Assembly (NCBI GenBank): GCA_964291605.2 | Contig: OZ219745.1 | Location: 1,250,664 to 1,314,663 of the forward strand | From: Vicinamibacterales bacterium | GTDB lineage: Bacteria; Acidobacteriota; Vicinamibacteria; Vicinamibacterales; UBA8438 | Reading direction: 5' to 3' | Length of the DNA: 64,000 bases | Shown: positions 1 to 9,853 of the stretch, piece after piece | Position numbering within the stretch: the stretch's first letter is position 1 | Layout of the letters: each line of letters begins with the position of its first letter | Notes under the pieces: generated by a model | Database searches by the model: none | What the model was told of the DNA's origin: nothing | What the model saw: the letters and a program-made list of their open reading frames with translations, nothing else | Position numbers and translations under genes: made by a program

Positions 1-764
1 ACGTTCCGTTCACCCTGATGATCGACCCCGCCAAGGTCGATTCGCCGATGCTCTCCATGTACCTCTTCGTCGCCGTTCCAGGCCAGGAGGATGCGGTCTT
101 CGAGGATGTCCACTTCGCGGACGTGAACGCAGGAGGGGACAGACCGATCCAGATCAGCCGCGCGTTCACCGCGCCCGGCGGAAGCTACGACGTGTACGTG
201 GCGCTGAGGGGAAGCATGGGCGAGGAGTCGGACGAGGACGAGCGCGGTCCGATCATGCTGTTGCGCGAGCGCGTGGAGATCCCGGATCTTTGGGACGGCA
301 GGCTGCAGTTGAGCTCGATCATCGTTCCGGAGGTCGTCGAGCCGCTCTCTGCGCCCTTGACGCCGGACGAGCAGATGCTGAGCCCGTACAGCCTCGGCAC
401 GACGCGCATCGTCCCGAAGTTCGACGAGGAGTTCGGCAAGCAGGCGGAGTTGTCGCTGATCTTTCTCGTGTACAACCCGGGTCTCGCCGACGGATCGAAG
501 CCGAACATCACGATCGAGTACACCTTCCATCTGCGGTCGGATGGGGGCGAGCAGTACTTCAACCGGACGAATCCGCAGGAGTTCAACAGTCAGACGCTTC
601 CGCCTGCCTTCGACGTGACGCTCGGTCACCAGATCGTCGCGGGGCAGACGGTGCCGCTGTCGCTCTTTCCGGCTGGCAACTACCGGTTGGAGATCAAGGT
701 CACCGACAACACCAATGCGTCCGAGATCATCGAGAACGTGATGTTCACCGTGCTGGAGACTTGA
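1..764 (+). CDS. hypothetical protein, C-terminal portion (5' end probably outside the window)
   Basis: ORF 18..764. The same frame has no stop back to nt 3, so the gene likely starts upstream. Third codon positions are GC-rich. No catalytic motif recognised. Confidence 0.5.
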   Translation, partial: VPFTLMIDPAKVDSPMLSMYLFVAVPGQEDAVFEDVHFADVNAGGDRPIQISRAFTAPGGSYDVYVALRGSMGEESDEDERGPIMLLRERVEIPDLWDGRLQLSSIIVPEVVEPLSAPLTPDEQMLSPYSLGTTRIVPKFDEEFGKQAELSLIFLVYNPGLADGSKPNITIEYTFHLRSDGGEQYFNRTNPQEFNSQTLPPAFDVTLGHQIVAGQTVPLSLFPAGNYRLEIKVTDNTNASEIIENVMFTVLET

Positions 765-824
765 GGAGGCATCGGTAGCGTCCCGGCCGCTCGCGACGGG
801 TTGCCCGGGCGTACCGCCAACGAC

Positions 825-2843
825 ATGGGCCGCAGTTTCGTCGTCGTCGCTGTCGTTCTCGGGGCCGGGTGCGCGGCCCCGGTTGCCATGGCCGGTGAGG
901 AGCAGACCGGCTCGTCGCCGTCTGTCGCCGAAGAGAAGGCGGTTGCCACGGGCAAGCTGGCAGGCGCCCTCACCGCATCCGACGGCGCTCCCCTCGGAGA
1001 TGTCCTCGTAACGCTTTCCGGTCCCGGCGGAGCTTCCCTTGCCGTTTCGGATGCCGCCGGCCGCTTCTGGTTCGACGGGCTTCCCGCGGGTCGCTACCTG
1101 CTTCGAACGCACGTTGCGGGAGCCGGGGAGGGTCGTCGATTCGTGGAGATCGAACCGGGCGAGGCGGTCTTCGAACCTGTTGTCCTGAACGCATACGGCG
1201 AATCGAACCAACAGCTTCTGCTTGCCGGGAGCACCCTCCAGTTGGGTGGCGTGAAGAACACGCCGGTCGCGGTGGAGGAGGAGGCCCCGGGCCGCCGACA
1301 GACCGACGGCGACGGGCAGTCCGGTGTCGCAACGCTGCGGGACGAGTCGGATGACCAACCGGCGACGGCGGTCTCCGAGCGGCCGCGGGATGCGAAGATG
1401 TGGTGGCTGCGTCGCGCTCGCCGCAGCGTGCTCAAGGACCGCATGGCCGGGGTGTCCCTCGTGCAACGAGGGGTGGACTCCGCTCCGGGCGCCGGAAAGT
1501 CCGGGGGTGCCGGCGAGCGGTGGACGGCGGCCGGTTATACACCGCTGGATCATCCTCTGACGGGCTTGGTGGGCCTTCCCATTTCGGGTCAGGTGCAGCT
1601 CCTGACGCGGGCGACGCTGGCCGGACAGGGTTTCCTGTGGCCGTCCGAGACTTGGCCGGGACAGGTGGCGTACGTATCCGTGGCGCCGGCGGACGCCGGC
1701 GACTGGGCGTTGCGCGGAACCGTCGACATGACGACCGGAGAGACCTCGTCGTGGGCGATCGCCGGTTGGTACGCCATGGAGCCGCGCACGGACCACGACG
1801 TGGAGATGGCGGTGTCGTACAGCCGGCAGGCGCACGCGGCCGCTGCCGATCTGCGGCTCGACGGCCCAGGTCCGGTCGATACGGGCATGCCGCGCCGCGA
1901 GGTGGGCCGCATCCAGGCGTCCGACAGGTGGACCGTGTCGCCGGCGCTGCAGGTCGGCTACGGGGCCGAGTTGGCCCGGTACGGGTACCTCGAGGACGGC
2001 AAGCTGTTCAGCCCGCGGGCGGATGTCACGATTTCACCGTTCTCCGGGACCCGCATGCGCGTGGCCGCCTCACGCAACAGGATAGCCCCCGGGGGAGAGC
2101 AGTTTCTGCCACCTCTCGACGGCGCGTGGTTGCCTCCGGAACGGACGTACACGTCGCTCTCCGGTACCGGTGACCTGCATGCCGAGGAAGTGCGCCACGT
2201 CGAGGTCGGGGTGGAACACGAGATCGGAGAACGCTCCGTCATCGGCCTGCGCAGGTTCAGCCAGGAAGTCGACGACCAGCTCATGGCCATGTTCGCGCCC
2301 GGCGTCTACTCGCCGCTCGGAGCGCTGCCGGCGTCTGGAGGGCACTATTACTTGGCCGGCGCCGGCGGTGTCGATGTGGATGGCTGGGGCGTGACGTTCG
2401 ACCATGAGCTCGAAGAGCGGCTGCGCGGCTCCATCGACTACCGCATCATGCGTTCGGAATGGACTTCGTCAGGCTCGGCGGCCGCCGCCGGGCTCGCCGC
2501 CGAACGGTTCCGAAACGGTATGGATTACTTCCAGGACGTGTCGGCGACGCTGCAGGCGGAGATCCCGGAGACCTCCACCCGTGTCGTCGCACGGTGCCGG
2601 GTCAGCACGGGTTTCGCCCGGGTGACTCCGGACGGTGTGGTCGGGTCGGGGCTCGATACCCGTTTCGACGTGCAGGTTACCCAGACCCTGCCGTTCGCGC
2701 CCCTGGAGGGCAGCAGTTGGGAGTTGCTCGTCGCCTTGCGGAGCCTCTTCCACGAGCCGAACCTGGGGGCGTCGGTCTTCGACGAATTGCTTGTCGTCGA
2801 TCCCCCGAGACAGCTCGTCGGTGGCCTCGTCGTTCACTTCTAG
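825..2843 (+). CDS. secreted CarboxypepD_reg-like domain protein with a large beta-rich C-terminal region (possible outer-membrane protein)
   Basis: ORF 801..2843. ATG at 825 gives a signal-like N-terminus MGRSFVVVAVVLGAGCAAPVAMA. The segment LTASDGAPLGDVLVTLSGPGG..AGRFWFDGLPAGRYLLRTHVAG shows the typical carboxypeptidase-regulatory beta-sandwich pattern. The protein ends ..GGLVVHF, an aromatic C-terminus. Confidence 0.6.
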   Translation: MGRSFVVVAVVLGAGCAAPVAMAGEEQTGSSPSVAEEKAVATGKLAGALTASDGAPLGDVLVTLSGPGGASLAVSDAAGRFWFDGLPAGRYLLRTHVAGAGEGRRFVEIEPGEAVFEPVVLNAYGESNQQLLLAGSTLQLGGVKNTPVAVEEEAPGRRQTDGDGQSGVATLRDESDDQPATAVSERPRDAKMWWLRRARRSVLKDRMAGVSLVQRGVDSAPGAGKSGGAGERWTAAGYTPLDHPLTGLVGLPISGQVQLLTRATLAGQGFLWPSETWPGQVAYVSVAPADAGDWALRGTVDMTTGETSSWAIAGWYAMEPRTDHDVEMAVSYSRQAHAAAADLRLDGPGPVDTGMPRREVGRIQASDRWTVSPALQVGYGAELARYGYLEDGKLFSPRADVTISPFSGTRMRVAASRNRIAPGGEQFLPPLDGAWLPPERTYTSLSGTGDLHAEEVRHVEVGVEHEIGERSVIGLRRFSQEVDDQLMAMFAPGVYSPLGALPASGGHYYLAGAGGVDVDGWGVTFDHELEERLRGSIDYRIMRSEWTSSGSAAAAGLAAERFRNGMDYFQDVSATLQAEIPETSTRVVARCRVSTGFARVTPDGVVGSGLDTRFDVQVTQTLPFAPLEGSSWELLVALRSLFHEPNLGASVFDELLVVDPPRQLVGGLVVHF

Positions 2844-2850
2844 GAGCTTG

Positions 2851-2867
2851 CGCCGCGAAACGCGGCG
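2851..2867 (+). terminator. GC-rich hairpin just after the stop codon (possible terminator, no U-tract)
   Basis: cgccgcg-aaa-cgcggcg, a perfect 7-bp stem, lies 8 nt after the stop at 2843. Confidence 0.2.
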
Positions 2868-2892
2868 AACCGGAGTTCCGAGACGCAAGGTC

Positions 2893-2914
2893 ATCGATCC
2901 AGCTTGTTGGATCG
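2893..2914 (+). promoter_or_regulatory. perfect 8-bp inverted repeat TCGATCCA-N6-TGGATCGA, candidate enhancer-binding-protein site
   Basis: Read directly from the sequence. It lies about 95 bp upstream of the candidate -24/-12 promoter, where NtrC-family upstream activating sites usually sit. Confidence 0.3.
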
Positions 2915-2992
2915 AGACTTCATTTTCTTGCATTCGGTCTGCTTTCCGGGCCTTCCTCATGAGCCGTTTGCGCTACCGACCCGTGTCGCGCA

Positions 2993-3008
2993 TGGCGTGT
3001 GATTTGCA
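2993..3008 (+). promoter_or_regulatory. candidate sigma54 (-24/-12) promoter TGGCGT-N5-TTGCA upstream of the kinase/activator operon
   Basis: TGGCGTgtgatTTGCA has the correct GG-N10-GC spacing and differs from the consensus TGGCAC-N5-TTGCW at 2 positions. It lies 23 nt before the ATG at 3031. Confidence 0.4.
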
Positions 3009-3030
3009 TGATCGGTGACGGGTACTTGTC

Positions 3031-5940
3031 ATGAAGCTCGCTGAGCGCGAGGCGAATTCCCGCCGCTATCGGGGCGAGTGGGGTAGAACCCTGCTCGCGG
3101 TCGGTGTCGTCGCGGCACTGTTGTGCCTTGCGATCGCCAACGCGGTCGCCCGGGCCAATGGCCGGGGCGTGGAGGACGGCGTGCTGTGGCGCGACGGCGC
3201 CGACGGACTCGCGGCTTCCGCGGTGGCGGCGGATTCCCCGGCGGCGCGGGCGGGGATCGTGACCGGCGACGTTCTGCTCGCCGTCGGGAGCGAGCCGGTA
3301 GAGCGCTACGGCGATCTATGGCGAGTGCTGCGCGCGGTTCCCGAAGGTACGCGCGTCGACTATACCCTCCTGCGTCTGAGTGAGACGCGACTGCATACCG
3401 TTTCGCTGGAGAGAGCGCGCATGGTGGCCCTGCCCACCTATCTGCTGTTGGCCGGTGTGGGTCTGCTCGGATTGCTCGTCGGCGCGGCGGTGCGCGTGCA
3501 GCGGCCCGAACATCAGGCGACGCTTCATTTCTTCTGGCTGACCGTCGCGTTCTTCGGCGTGCTGGCCTTTTCCTATACCGGATGGCATGGCCGGCTCGAC
3601 TGGGTTTTCTTCTGGGCGGATGAAGTAGCCACGCTGTTGCTGGCTCCCTTGTTCATGCACTTCGCGTTGGTCTTCCCGGAGCGCACGCCGGGCTGGCTGC
3701 GCCACCGGCTCGGGTCGTTGGTGCTGCCGTTGGTCTACGCGCCGGCGGTGGTCCTCGGCGCGCTGCAGGCCGCGGCGGTGCTGCGTCCGGAGGACGGCGT
3801 CGGCTTCGTGCGTGCGGTCGAGCGGATCTGGCGCTTCGAACACCTCTATCTGGCGGCCTGCATGCTCGGCGGTTTCGCGACGATGGTGTTTGCGCTCCGC
3901 CGCGTCCGCTCGATAACGTCTCGAAGACAGCTCCGCTGGATCGTGTCCGGAGGGGCGCTCGGCGGCCTTCCGTTCGCGCTCTGCTACCTGATTCCGTGGG
4001 CGCTCGGTTTCGAACCGTCCTCGGGGCTGGCGCTACCCGTCGGCCTGATTCCGCTCGCGTTCGCGTGCGCCATCGTCCGTTACCGGCTGCGCGACGTCGA
4101 GGTGATCGTCAAGCGGAGCGTCGGCTATGCGGCGGTGGTCGTGGCGATGGTCGTCATCTATCTCGGTCTGGAGCGCCTCGCTACCGCGGTCTTCCTCGAT
4201 GGCTCGAATCAGCACAACTCGATCATCGCGTTGCTGGCCACGACGGTCGTGGTGCTCCTGGCGAGACCGGTCAAGACGACGATCCAGAACATGCTCGACC
4301 GGGTCTACTACCGCGAGCGGTTCGACTACCGGCGTGCCCTCACACGGTTTGCGCGTGATCTCAGCACGGACCTGGATCTCGATCGGTTGAGCGAGCGGCT
4401 GGTGAGCCGGGTGGCGGAGACGCTCGGCATCGACCGTATGGTGCTGTTGCTCGGCCGCGATCCCGCCGGGACCGAAGAGGATTCCGAGGTTCGCAGTTTC
4501 CATCCGATTCGCTGGATCGGGTTCGACGGCCCGCCGCCGGCGCTGCCCCGCACATCGAGCATCGGTGAGCGGATGCTGGACCGGCAGACCGTGCTCCTCG
4601 ACGATCCGGTCGGCGGACGGCTGTGCGCTCCGGGAGAAGTCGCGCTCTGGCGGGCGGCCGGGCTGTACTACTTCGTGCCCTGTGTTTCCGAGGAGGGCAC
4701 GATCGCGGTCATGGCGCTGGGCCGCAAGGAGAGCGGCGAGCCGCTGAGCAGCGAGGACATGGCGCTGCTCGCGGCGGTCGCAGGTCAGGCGGCGACCGCG
4801 CTGGAGAACGGGCGCCTCTATGGCCGGCTGCAGCAGAAAGCGGGCGAGCTCGACCGGATGCGGCAGTTCAGCGAGAACATCATCGAGTCGCTGAGCGACG
4901 GTCTGGCGGTGCTGGACCTCGACGATCGCATCATCCGTTGGAACGCCGGTTTCGAACGCCTGCACGGGGTTCCACGGGCCGAGGCGATCGGTCGATCTCT
5001 GGATGAGGTCTTCGACGCGGACTTCGTCGCACGCTTGAGCGCCGCGCGTACGGAGCGGCCGGCCGGGGCGGAGCTCTACCGCGTGCCCATGCTTTCCCGG
5101 CACGAGGAGCCGCGGCGGCTGCGGGTGAAGGCCGCCACCGCGCCGCTGCTGACGCCCGCCGGCCGGACGAGCGGGACGATGCTGATCGTGGTCGACAGCA
5201 CGGCACGGGTGCAGCTCGAAGAGCAATTGCTGCTCTCCGAGAAGATGGCCTCCATCGGGTTGTTGGCCGCCGGCGTCGCACACGAGGTGAACACGCCGTT
5301 GACCGGCATTTCCAGCTTCACCCAGATGCTGCTGGAGGACGCGGATCCGGAAGAGCCCAGGACCCGGCTGCTGGAGAAGATAGAGCGCCAGACGTTTCGC
5401 GCGGCGCGGATCGTCAACGGGCTGTTGAACCTCGCGCGGCCGGGTCGGACGGACACTGCCGGGCCCGTCGACATCAACGCCGTCATCGCCGACGTGCTGG
5501 TCCTGCTCGAGCATCAGCTCGAGGCCGGCAGGATCAGGGTGCGGTGCGAACTGGCGACCCCGGCGGTGGTGGTGCAGGGCGTAGAATTCAAGATACAACA
5601 GGTGTTCCTCAATCTCTTTCTCAACGCCCGCGACGCGATGCCGAGCGGAGGGTGGCTGACCGTGGGCAGCCGCATCGAGCGGGACAGCGCCGTCATCGAG
5701 GTGGCCGATACGGGCTCGGGCATCTCGCCGGAGCATCTCTCGCGGATTTACGATCCTTTCTTCACGACCAAGACCGTCGGACAGGGAACGGGACTTGGGC
5801 TGTCGGTCACGTATGGAGTCGTGCAGGAACACCGGGGCACGATAGAGTGTGCGAGTCGTCCGGGGCAGGGAACGCGATTCACCTTGACCCTGCCGCTCGC
5901 TGCCCCCGACCGGGTGTCGGCTACCGAGGCCGCGCACTAA
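3031..5940 (+). CDS. sensor histidine kinase (PDZ, polytopic membrane region, GAF, PAS, HisKA/HATPase_c)
   Basis: PDZ-like ADSPAARAGIVTGDVLLAVGSEPV. Multiple hydrophobic helices across residues ~125-400. H-box AAGVAHEVNTPL. N-box FLNLFLNARDAM. G-boxes DTGSGI and GTGLGLS. Confidence 0.9.
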   Translation: MKLAEREANSRRYRGEWGRTLLAVGVVAALLCLAIANAVARANGRGVEDGVLWRDGADGLAASAVAADSPAARAGIVTGDVLLAVGSEPVERYGDLWRVLRAVPEGTRVDYTLLRLSETRLHTVSLERARMVALPTYLLLAGVGLLGLLVGAAVRVQRPEHQATLHFFWLTVAFFGVLAFSYTGWHGRLDWVFFWADEVATLLLAPLFMHFALVFPERTPGWLRHRLGSLVLPLVYAPAVVLGALQAAAVLRPEDGVGFVRAVERIWRFEHLYLAACMLGGFATMVFALRRVRSITSRRQLRWIVSGGALGGLPFALCYLIPWALGFEPSSGLALPVGLIPLAFACAIVRYRLRDVEVIVKRSVGYAAVVVAMVVIYLGLERLATAVFLDGSNQHNSIIALLATTVVVLLARPVKTTIQNMLDRVYYRERFDYRRALTRFARDLSTDLDLDRLSERLVSRVAETLGIDRMVLLLGRDPAGTEEDSEVRSFHPIRWIGFDGPPPALPRTSSIGERMLDRQTVLLDDPVGGRLCAPGEVALWRAAGLYYFVPCVSEEGTIAVMALGRKESGEPLSSEDMALLAAVAGQAATALENGRLYGRLQQKAGELDRMRQFSENIIESLSDGLAVLDLDDRIIRWNAGFERLHGVPRAEAIGRSLDEVFDADFVARLSAARTERPAGAELYRVPMLSRHEEPRRLRVKAATAPLLTPAGRTSGTMLIVVDSTARVQLEEQLLLSEKMASIGLLAAGVAHEVNTPLTGISSFTQMLLEDADPEEPRTRLLEKIERQTFRAARIVNGLLNLARPGRTDTAGPVDINAVIADVLVLLEHQLEAGRIRVRCELATPAVVVQGVEFKIQQVFLNLFLNARDAMPSGGWLTVGSRIERDSAVIEVADTGSGISPEHLSRIYDPFFTTKTVGQGTGLGLSVTYGVVQEHRGTIECASRPGQGTRFTLTLPLAAPDRVSATEAAH

Positions 5941-5956
5941 TCGCGAGGCGCAGAAC

Positions 5957-7483
5957 ATGTTGGACGGGGCTTCGCTTCTGGTCGTCGACGACGAAGCGAT
6001 CATGCGGGAGATTCTCCAGTCGCTGCTGGAGCGCCAGGGATGTCGCGTACGGCTCGCGGCGTCCGGGAAGGAGGGCGTCGATCTCGCTCGGGCAGGTACT
6101 TTCGACGCGGTGCTGCTCGACGTGATGATGCCGGGAATGGACGGGCTTGCCGCGCTCGACGAGATCTCGCAACTCGACGAGGCGCCTCCGGTGATCATGA
6201 TCACCGCGTTCGGCACCTCGAGGAACACCCGCGAGGCCTTCAAGCGCGGTGCTTTCGACTTCATCGAGAAGCCGTTCAAGAACGACGACGTCCTGCTCGT
6301 CGTGCGGAACGCGGTCTCGCAGCAGCGGCTGGCGAACGAGAACCGCGTGCTGCGCCAGAATCTGCGGGCGCAGGCGAGCCGATTCAGCGACATCATCGGC
6401 CACAGCCCGCGCATCCGGAGCGTGTTCCAGATCATCGCGCAGGCGGCGCCGAGCCGCGCCACGATTCTCGTTGCCGGCGAGAGCGGCACCGGCAAGGAGC
6501 TCGTCGCGCGCGCGATTCACGCCAATTCGCCGCGAGCCGGCCGTCCGTTCGTCACGGTCAACTCGGGCAGCCTGCCCCCGGATCTTCTGGAATCGAATCT
6601 CTTCGGCCACCTGAAGGGCGCCTTCACCGGTGCGGTCACCTCGAAGAAGGGCCTGTTCGAGATGGCCGATCGCGGGAGCATCTTCTTCGACGAGATCGGG
6701 ACGGTTCCACTCGAGACCCAGGCCAAGCTGTTGCGGGTAATCCAGGAACGGGAGTTCAGGCGCCTCGGCGGGGTCGACACGATCAAGGTGGATGTTCGAA
6801 TCATCGCCGCCACGAACGTCGATCTGCAGCAGATGGTCAAGGAGGGTTCGTTTCGGGAGGATCTGTACTATCGGCTGCACGTGATTGCGATCGATCTGCC
6901 GCCGCTGCGGGACCGCCGCGAAGACGTGCCGCTTCTGGCGCGGAGCTTTCTGACCCGGTACGGAAAAGAGAACAACAAGCCGGATCTGGAGCTGACGCCG
7001 GAGGCGATGCAACTGCTCGAGGCGTATCAGTGGCCCGGCAACGTGCGGGAGCTCGAGAACGTGATCGAGCGGGCGGCCGTACTGACCGTCAAGCGCCAGA
7101 TCGGCCCCGAGTTGATCCCGGATGTGGTCAGGGCCTCGCCGCAGTTCGAGTTGCCGCACTTCGACCTGCCGGCGGACGGCGTTCCCTTCCGGGAGATCAT
7201 CGACAACATGGAAGTGCGGTTGATTGTCCGCGCCCTCGAAGCCGCAGGCGGGGTTCAGAAGCGGGCGGCGGAGTTGCTGCGCGTCAAGCCGACGACCCTC
7301 AACGAGATGATAAAGCGCCACGGGATCCGATCGCGGAGTTCTCGGGCGAGCTCCGGTGCGTCCGGCCGGGGACAGGCCGGCGGTGCGGCGCGGCTCAAGC
7401 GGGCAGAGGCCCCGGCGCGGTCCGTGCCGTTCGTATCGGATCTGGTCGACGAGCTCGACAAGGGGCTCAGCCGCGTCGATTGA
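5957..7483 (+). CDS. sigma54-dependent response regulator (NtrC family: receiver, AAA+, Fis-type HTH) with an unusually long C-terminal tail
   Basis: Receiver LLVVDDE..LLDVMMPGMDG. Walker A GESGTGKE. Exact GAFTGA motif. HTH QKRAAELLRVKPTTLNEMIKRHGI, followed by about 55 further residues. The 3' end overlaps the convergent GT gene by 17 nt. Confidence 0.9.
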   Translation: MLDGASLLVVDDEAIMREILQSLLERQGCRVRLAASGKEGVDLARAGTFDAVLLDVMMPGMDGLAALDEISQLDEAPPVIMITAFGTSRNTREAFKRGAFDFIEKPFKNDDVLLVVRNAVSQQRLANENRVLRQNLRAQASRFSDIIGHSPRIRSVFQIIAQAAPSRATILVAGESGTGKELVARAIHANSPRAGRPFVTVNSGSLPPDLLESNLFGHLKGAFTGAVTSKKGLFEMADRGSIFFDEIGTVPLETQAKLLRVIQEREFRRLGGVDTIKVDVRIIAATNVDLQQMVKEGSFREDLYYRLHVIAIDLPPLRDRREDVPLLARSFLTRYGKENNKPDLELTPEAMQLLEAYQWPGNVRELENVIERAAVLTVKRQIGPELIPDVVRASPQFELPHFDLPADGVPFREIIDNMEVRLIVRALEAAGGVQKRAAELLRVKPTTLNEMIKRHGIRSRSSRASSGASGRGQAGGAARLKRAEAPARSVPFVSDLVDELDKGLSRVD

Positions 7484-8789
7484 TTTTCTGTGAGCCGCGA
7501 CCCCGGCCGCGGCCGCCGCCGCGCGAAGTTCTGGAGCGGCGCGAGCGTCCGGGGCCTGCCGCCGTGACCGCCTCGAACAGCCGACCGTACTTGCTGATAA
7601 TCACGTCCCAGTCGTAGTTGGCCTTGACGTAGGCCTGGCCGTTGCGGCCCAGTTCCTCGCGAAGCTCGGCGTTGCCGATGATCACCTTGAGACATTCCAC
7701 GAACTCGTCGCGGTCCGCATAGTAGAGCCCCGCGTTGCTGCGCTGGCAGTGCTCGCGCACCACTTCGCTGCGGGCATTGGCAAGCACGGGGGTGCCGACC
7801 GCGAAAGCCTCCAGCGCGAGCAGCGACAGGCTCTCGTAGGGCGAGGGTACGGCGACGGCCGTCGCTGCCTGCAAGGCCTCCAGGCGTTCGGCCTCCGGCA
7901 GCAGTCCGGCGAACCGGATGAACGGTTCGTCCGGTATCCGCATCAGCTTGACCCCCATCAGCGCCAGGACTGCGTCGCCCTGGTCGGCGGCATAGGCGCC
8001 GAAGTGCTCGATCAACTCCTCGCAGCCCTTGCCCGGGTCAATGCGCCCGCCGTACAACAGGAATGGTTCATAGAGTCGATGCCGACTGCGGAACGCAGCC
8101 GCGCTCGTGCGAACGGGGTCGTTTTCGGGTTCGGGGTACTCGTCCGGGTCGGCGTTCTGCGCTGTGGCCGTGAATCGCGCGGGAAGGTCGACGCCGCAAC
8201 CGACCGTTTCTTCCGCCGCCGCGGAAATCCGGAAGCGTGACTTGAGGAACGCTCGCTCGACCCCCGTGTTGTACGCCATTCCGGCCGGCGTACCGAACAC
8301 GTCGCGGTAGATGTCCAGCCGGATTGCCGGCTCGTCGTGCGCTGTCGGCACCAGGATGCTGCGCCGTGGGTCGACACGCAGGCCGAGCACCGTCGGGGCG
8401 TAGAGATAAGTGAAGAAGATGAGCACGTCGTACGCGGAATGGCGTCGTTCGAGGTGCTCGATCAGCGCCGGACACCACGGGCCCTGCTGCTCGAGCCAAT
8501 CCTGCTCGTCGTCCGCGGAGTGGGCGTTGGCGAAGATCCAGTTCGAGTACTCGTTGAAGCGCTCGATGTCTCGCGTCCGGTCGTTGGGGAATCGGCGCAC
8601 CGTCACGCCCCGGATGCGGTCCGAACCCTCCGGGTACTCGTTCGCCCAGGTGATGTAGTCGCGGGCGCAGGTCGTCAGGACCTCGACGTCGTGGCGTGCG
8701 GCGAGCCGCTCGGCCACGAGCCTGCAGTGATACTCGGAACCCCCGATGATCTCGGTGCCGTAGCGTTGGACGATGAGGGCTATCTTCAC
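7467..8789 (-). CDS. GT4-family glycosyltransferase (type A paralog), RG-rich C-terminal tail
   Basis: GTG start at 8789 (VKIALIVQRYGTEIIGGSEYH). Paralog of 11061..12413. The tail is ..GRSRRSRTSRGGGRGRGRGSQKINRRG. Confidence 0.8.
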   Translation of the reverse strand: MKIALIVQRYGTEIIGGSEYHCRLVAERLAARHDVEVLTTCARDYITWANEYPEGSDRIRGVTVRRFPNDRTRDIERFNEYSNWIFANAHSADDEQDWLEQQGPWCPALIEHLERRHSAYDVLIFFTYLYAPTVLGLRVDPRRSILVPTAHDEPAIRLDIYRDVFGTPAGMAYNTGVERAFLKSRFRISAAAEETVGCGVDLPARFTATAQNADPDEYPEPENDPVRTSAAAFRSRHRLYEPFLLYGGRIDPGKGCEELIEHFGAYAADQGDAVLALMGVKLMRIPDEPFIRFAGLLPEAERLEALQAATAVAVPSPYESLSLLALEAFAVGTPVLANARSEVVREHCQRSNAGLYYADRDEFVECLKVIIGNAELREELGRNGQAYVKANYDWDVIISKYGRLFEAVTAAGPGRSRRSRTSRGGGRGRGRGSQKINRRG

Positions 8790-9853
8790 GCGGTCAGTGA
8801 CTCGATCATGGCGTCGAGCGCGCGGGCGGCGTGCGCCAGGCTGAAGTCGGCCAGACGCCGTCTCTGGCCGGCGATGACCGACGATCTCAACTCGTCATCG
8901 TACACCAGGAGTCCAAGCATCTCGGCCGCATGCTCCAGGTCCTTGGGCGTGAAGCAGATTCCCGCGCCTCCCAGCGTCTCGGGCACCGCTGCCGCGCCGT
9001 ATGCGAGTATCGGCACGTCGGCGGCCATGGCCTCGACCAGTGGAACGCAGAAGCCCTCGTGCTCGCTGAGCGAGACGTAGGCGTCCGCCGTGCGGTAGTA
9101 GGCGGCCAGCTCCGCGTCCGGCACCGCTCCGGTGAATAGGAAACGCTCGGCCGGCATCTCGTACTGCAGGATGAGGGCCCGCAGCGTGGCGTAGTAGCGC
9201 GGGACCGCGTTCGTCCGTCCCACGAAGACAAAGCGGTACTCGGTGTCGACGTAGCGCTTGTAGTGCTCGGCGAGTCGGAGATGGTCTTCGAGCTTCTTGT
9301 TCGGGGCGACGCGGCCGACGAACAGGATATTGGCCGGACCGTCCTCGAGCGTGCGTTCGAGGACCGGCTGGCGCGGGGCGTTCGCCAGCCGTTCGGGGTC
9401 GACCAGGATCGGCATCACACCGGTGTCCGCAAAGCCGAGTGCCGCGAGCTCCCGGCGGTTGTACTCGGAATCGCCGAGGGCGAGGTCGACCCGGCCGACC
9501 AGCGAGCGCAACTCCGTCCGTCCAAGTGCCGCGATGCGGAAGATGCCGGCGTCGTACGGCGCGAAGAAATGGGCCGGGGTGATGTTGTGGTACTGAAGCA
9601 CCCGTTGTCCGCGAAGCGTTGCCAGCGCTTCGGTCATTGGGGACGGGACCGCGAAGTGCAACACGGTGATGTCGCCGGTTCGCGCCGCGGGGTCGGCGAA
9701 CGGCCGGATCTCGCCCGCAACGTCCGTGTCGATCGAGAGCGCGAAGATGTCCGCTTCGTAGCCCCTGTGCCGCAACAGGTCTCGGACGCGGCGGGCGCTG
9801 TCGCCCACTGCGTCGCCTCGATGCGCCGCCGGAATCCACTGGTTGATTGTCAA
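8786..9853 (-). CDS. GT4-family glycosyltransferase (type B paralog)
   Basis: Only the 3' 355 codons of ORF 8786..11086 are homologous to the neighbouring GT: HNITPAHFF, ILFVGR..PNKK, SEHEGFCVPLVEAM. The nearest in-frame start is TTG at 9853, overlapping the upstream stop as TTGA. The start is uncertain. Confidence 0.75.
   Translation of the reverse strand: MTINQWIPAAHRGDAVGDSARRVRDLLRHRGYEADIFALSIDTDVAGEIRPFADPAARTGDITVLHFAVPSPMTEALATLRGQRVLQYHNITPAHFFAPYDAGIFRIAALGRTELRSLVGRVDLALGDSEYNRRELAALGFADTGVMPILVDPERLANAPRQPVLERTLEDGPANILFVGRVAPNKKLEDHLRLAEHYKRYVDTEYRFVFVGRTNAVPRYYATLRALILQYEMPAERFLFTGAVPDAELAAYYRTADAYVSLSEHEGFCVPLVEAMAADVPILAYGAAAVPETLGGAGICFTPKDLEHAAEMLGLLVYDDELRSSVIAGQRRRLADFSLAHAARALDAMIESLTA

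Noticed and set aside
4033-7321. Very long minus-strand ORFs (4033..6495, 820 aa; 5921..7321, 466 aa) antisense to the kinase and activator genes. Similar cases are 14305..16002, 19468..21300, 42772..44145, 54605..56119 (plus strand) and 56291..57910.
   Set aside because: They are Arg/Pro/Gly/Ala-rich and have no recognisable motifs. The opposite strand encodes proteins with complete, ordered catalytic motifs. Long stop-free antisense frames are expected in DNA this GC-rich.
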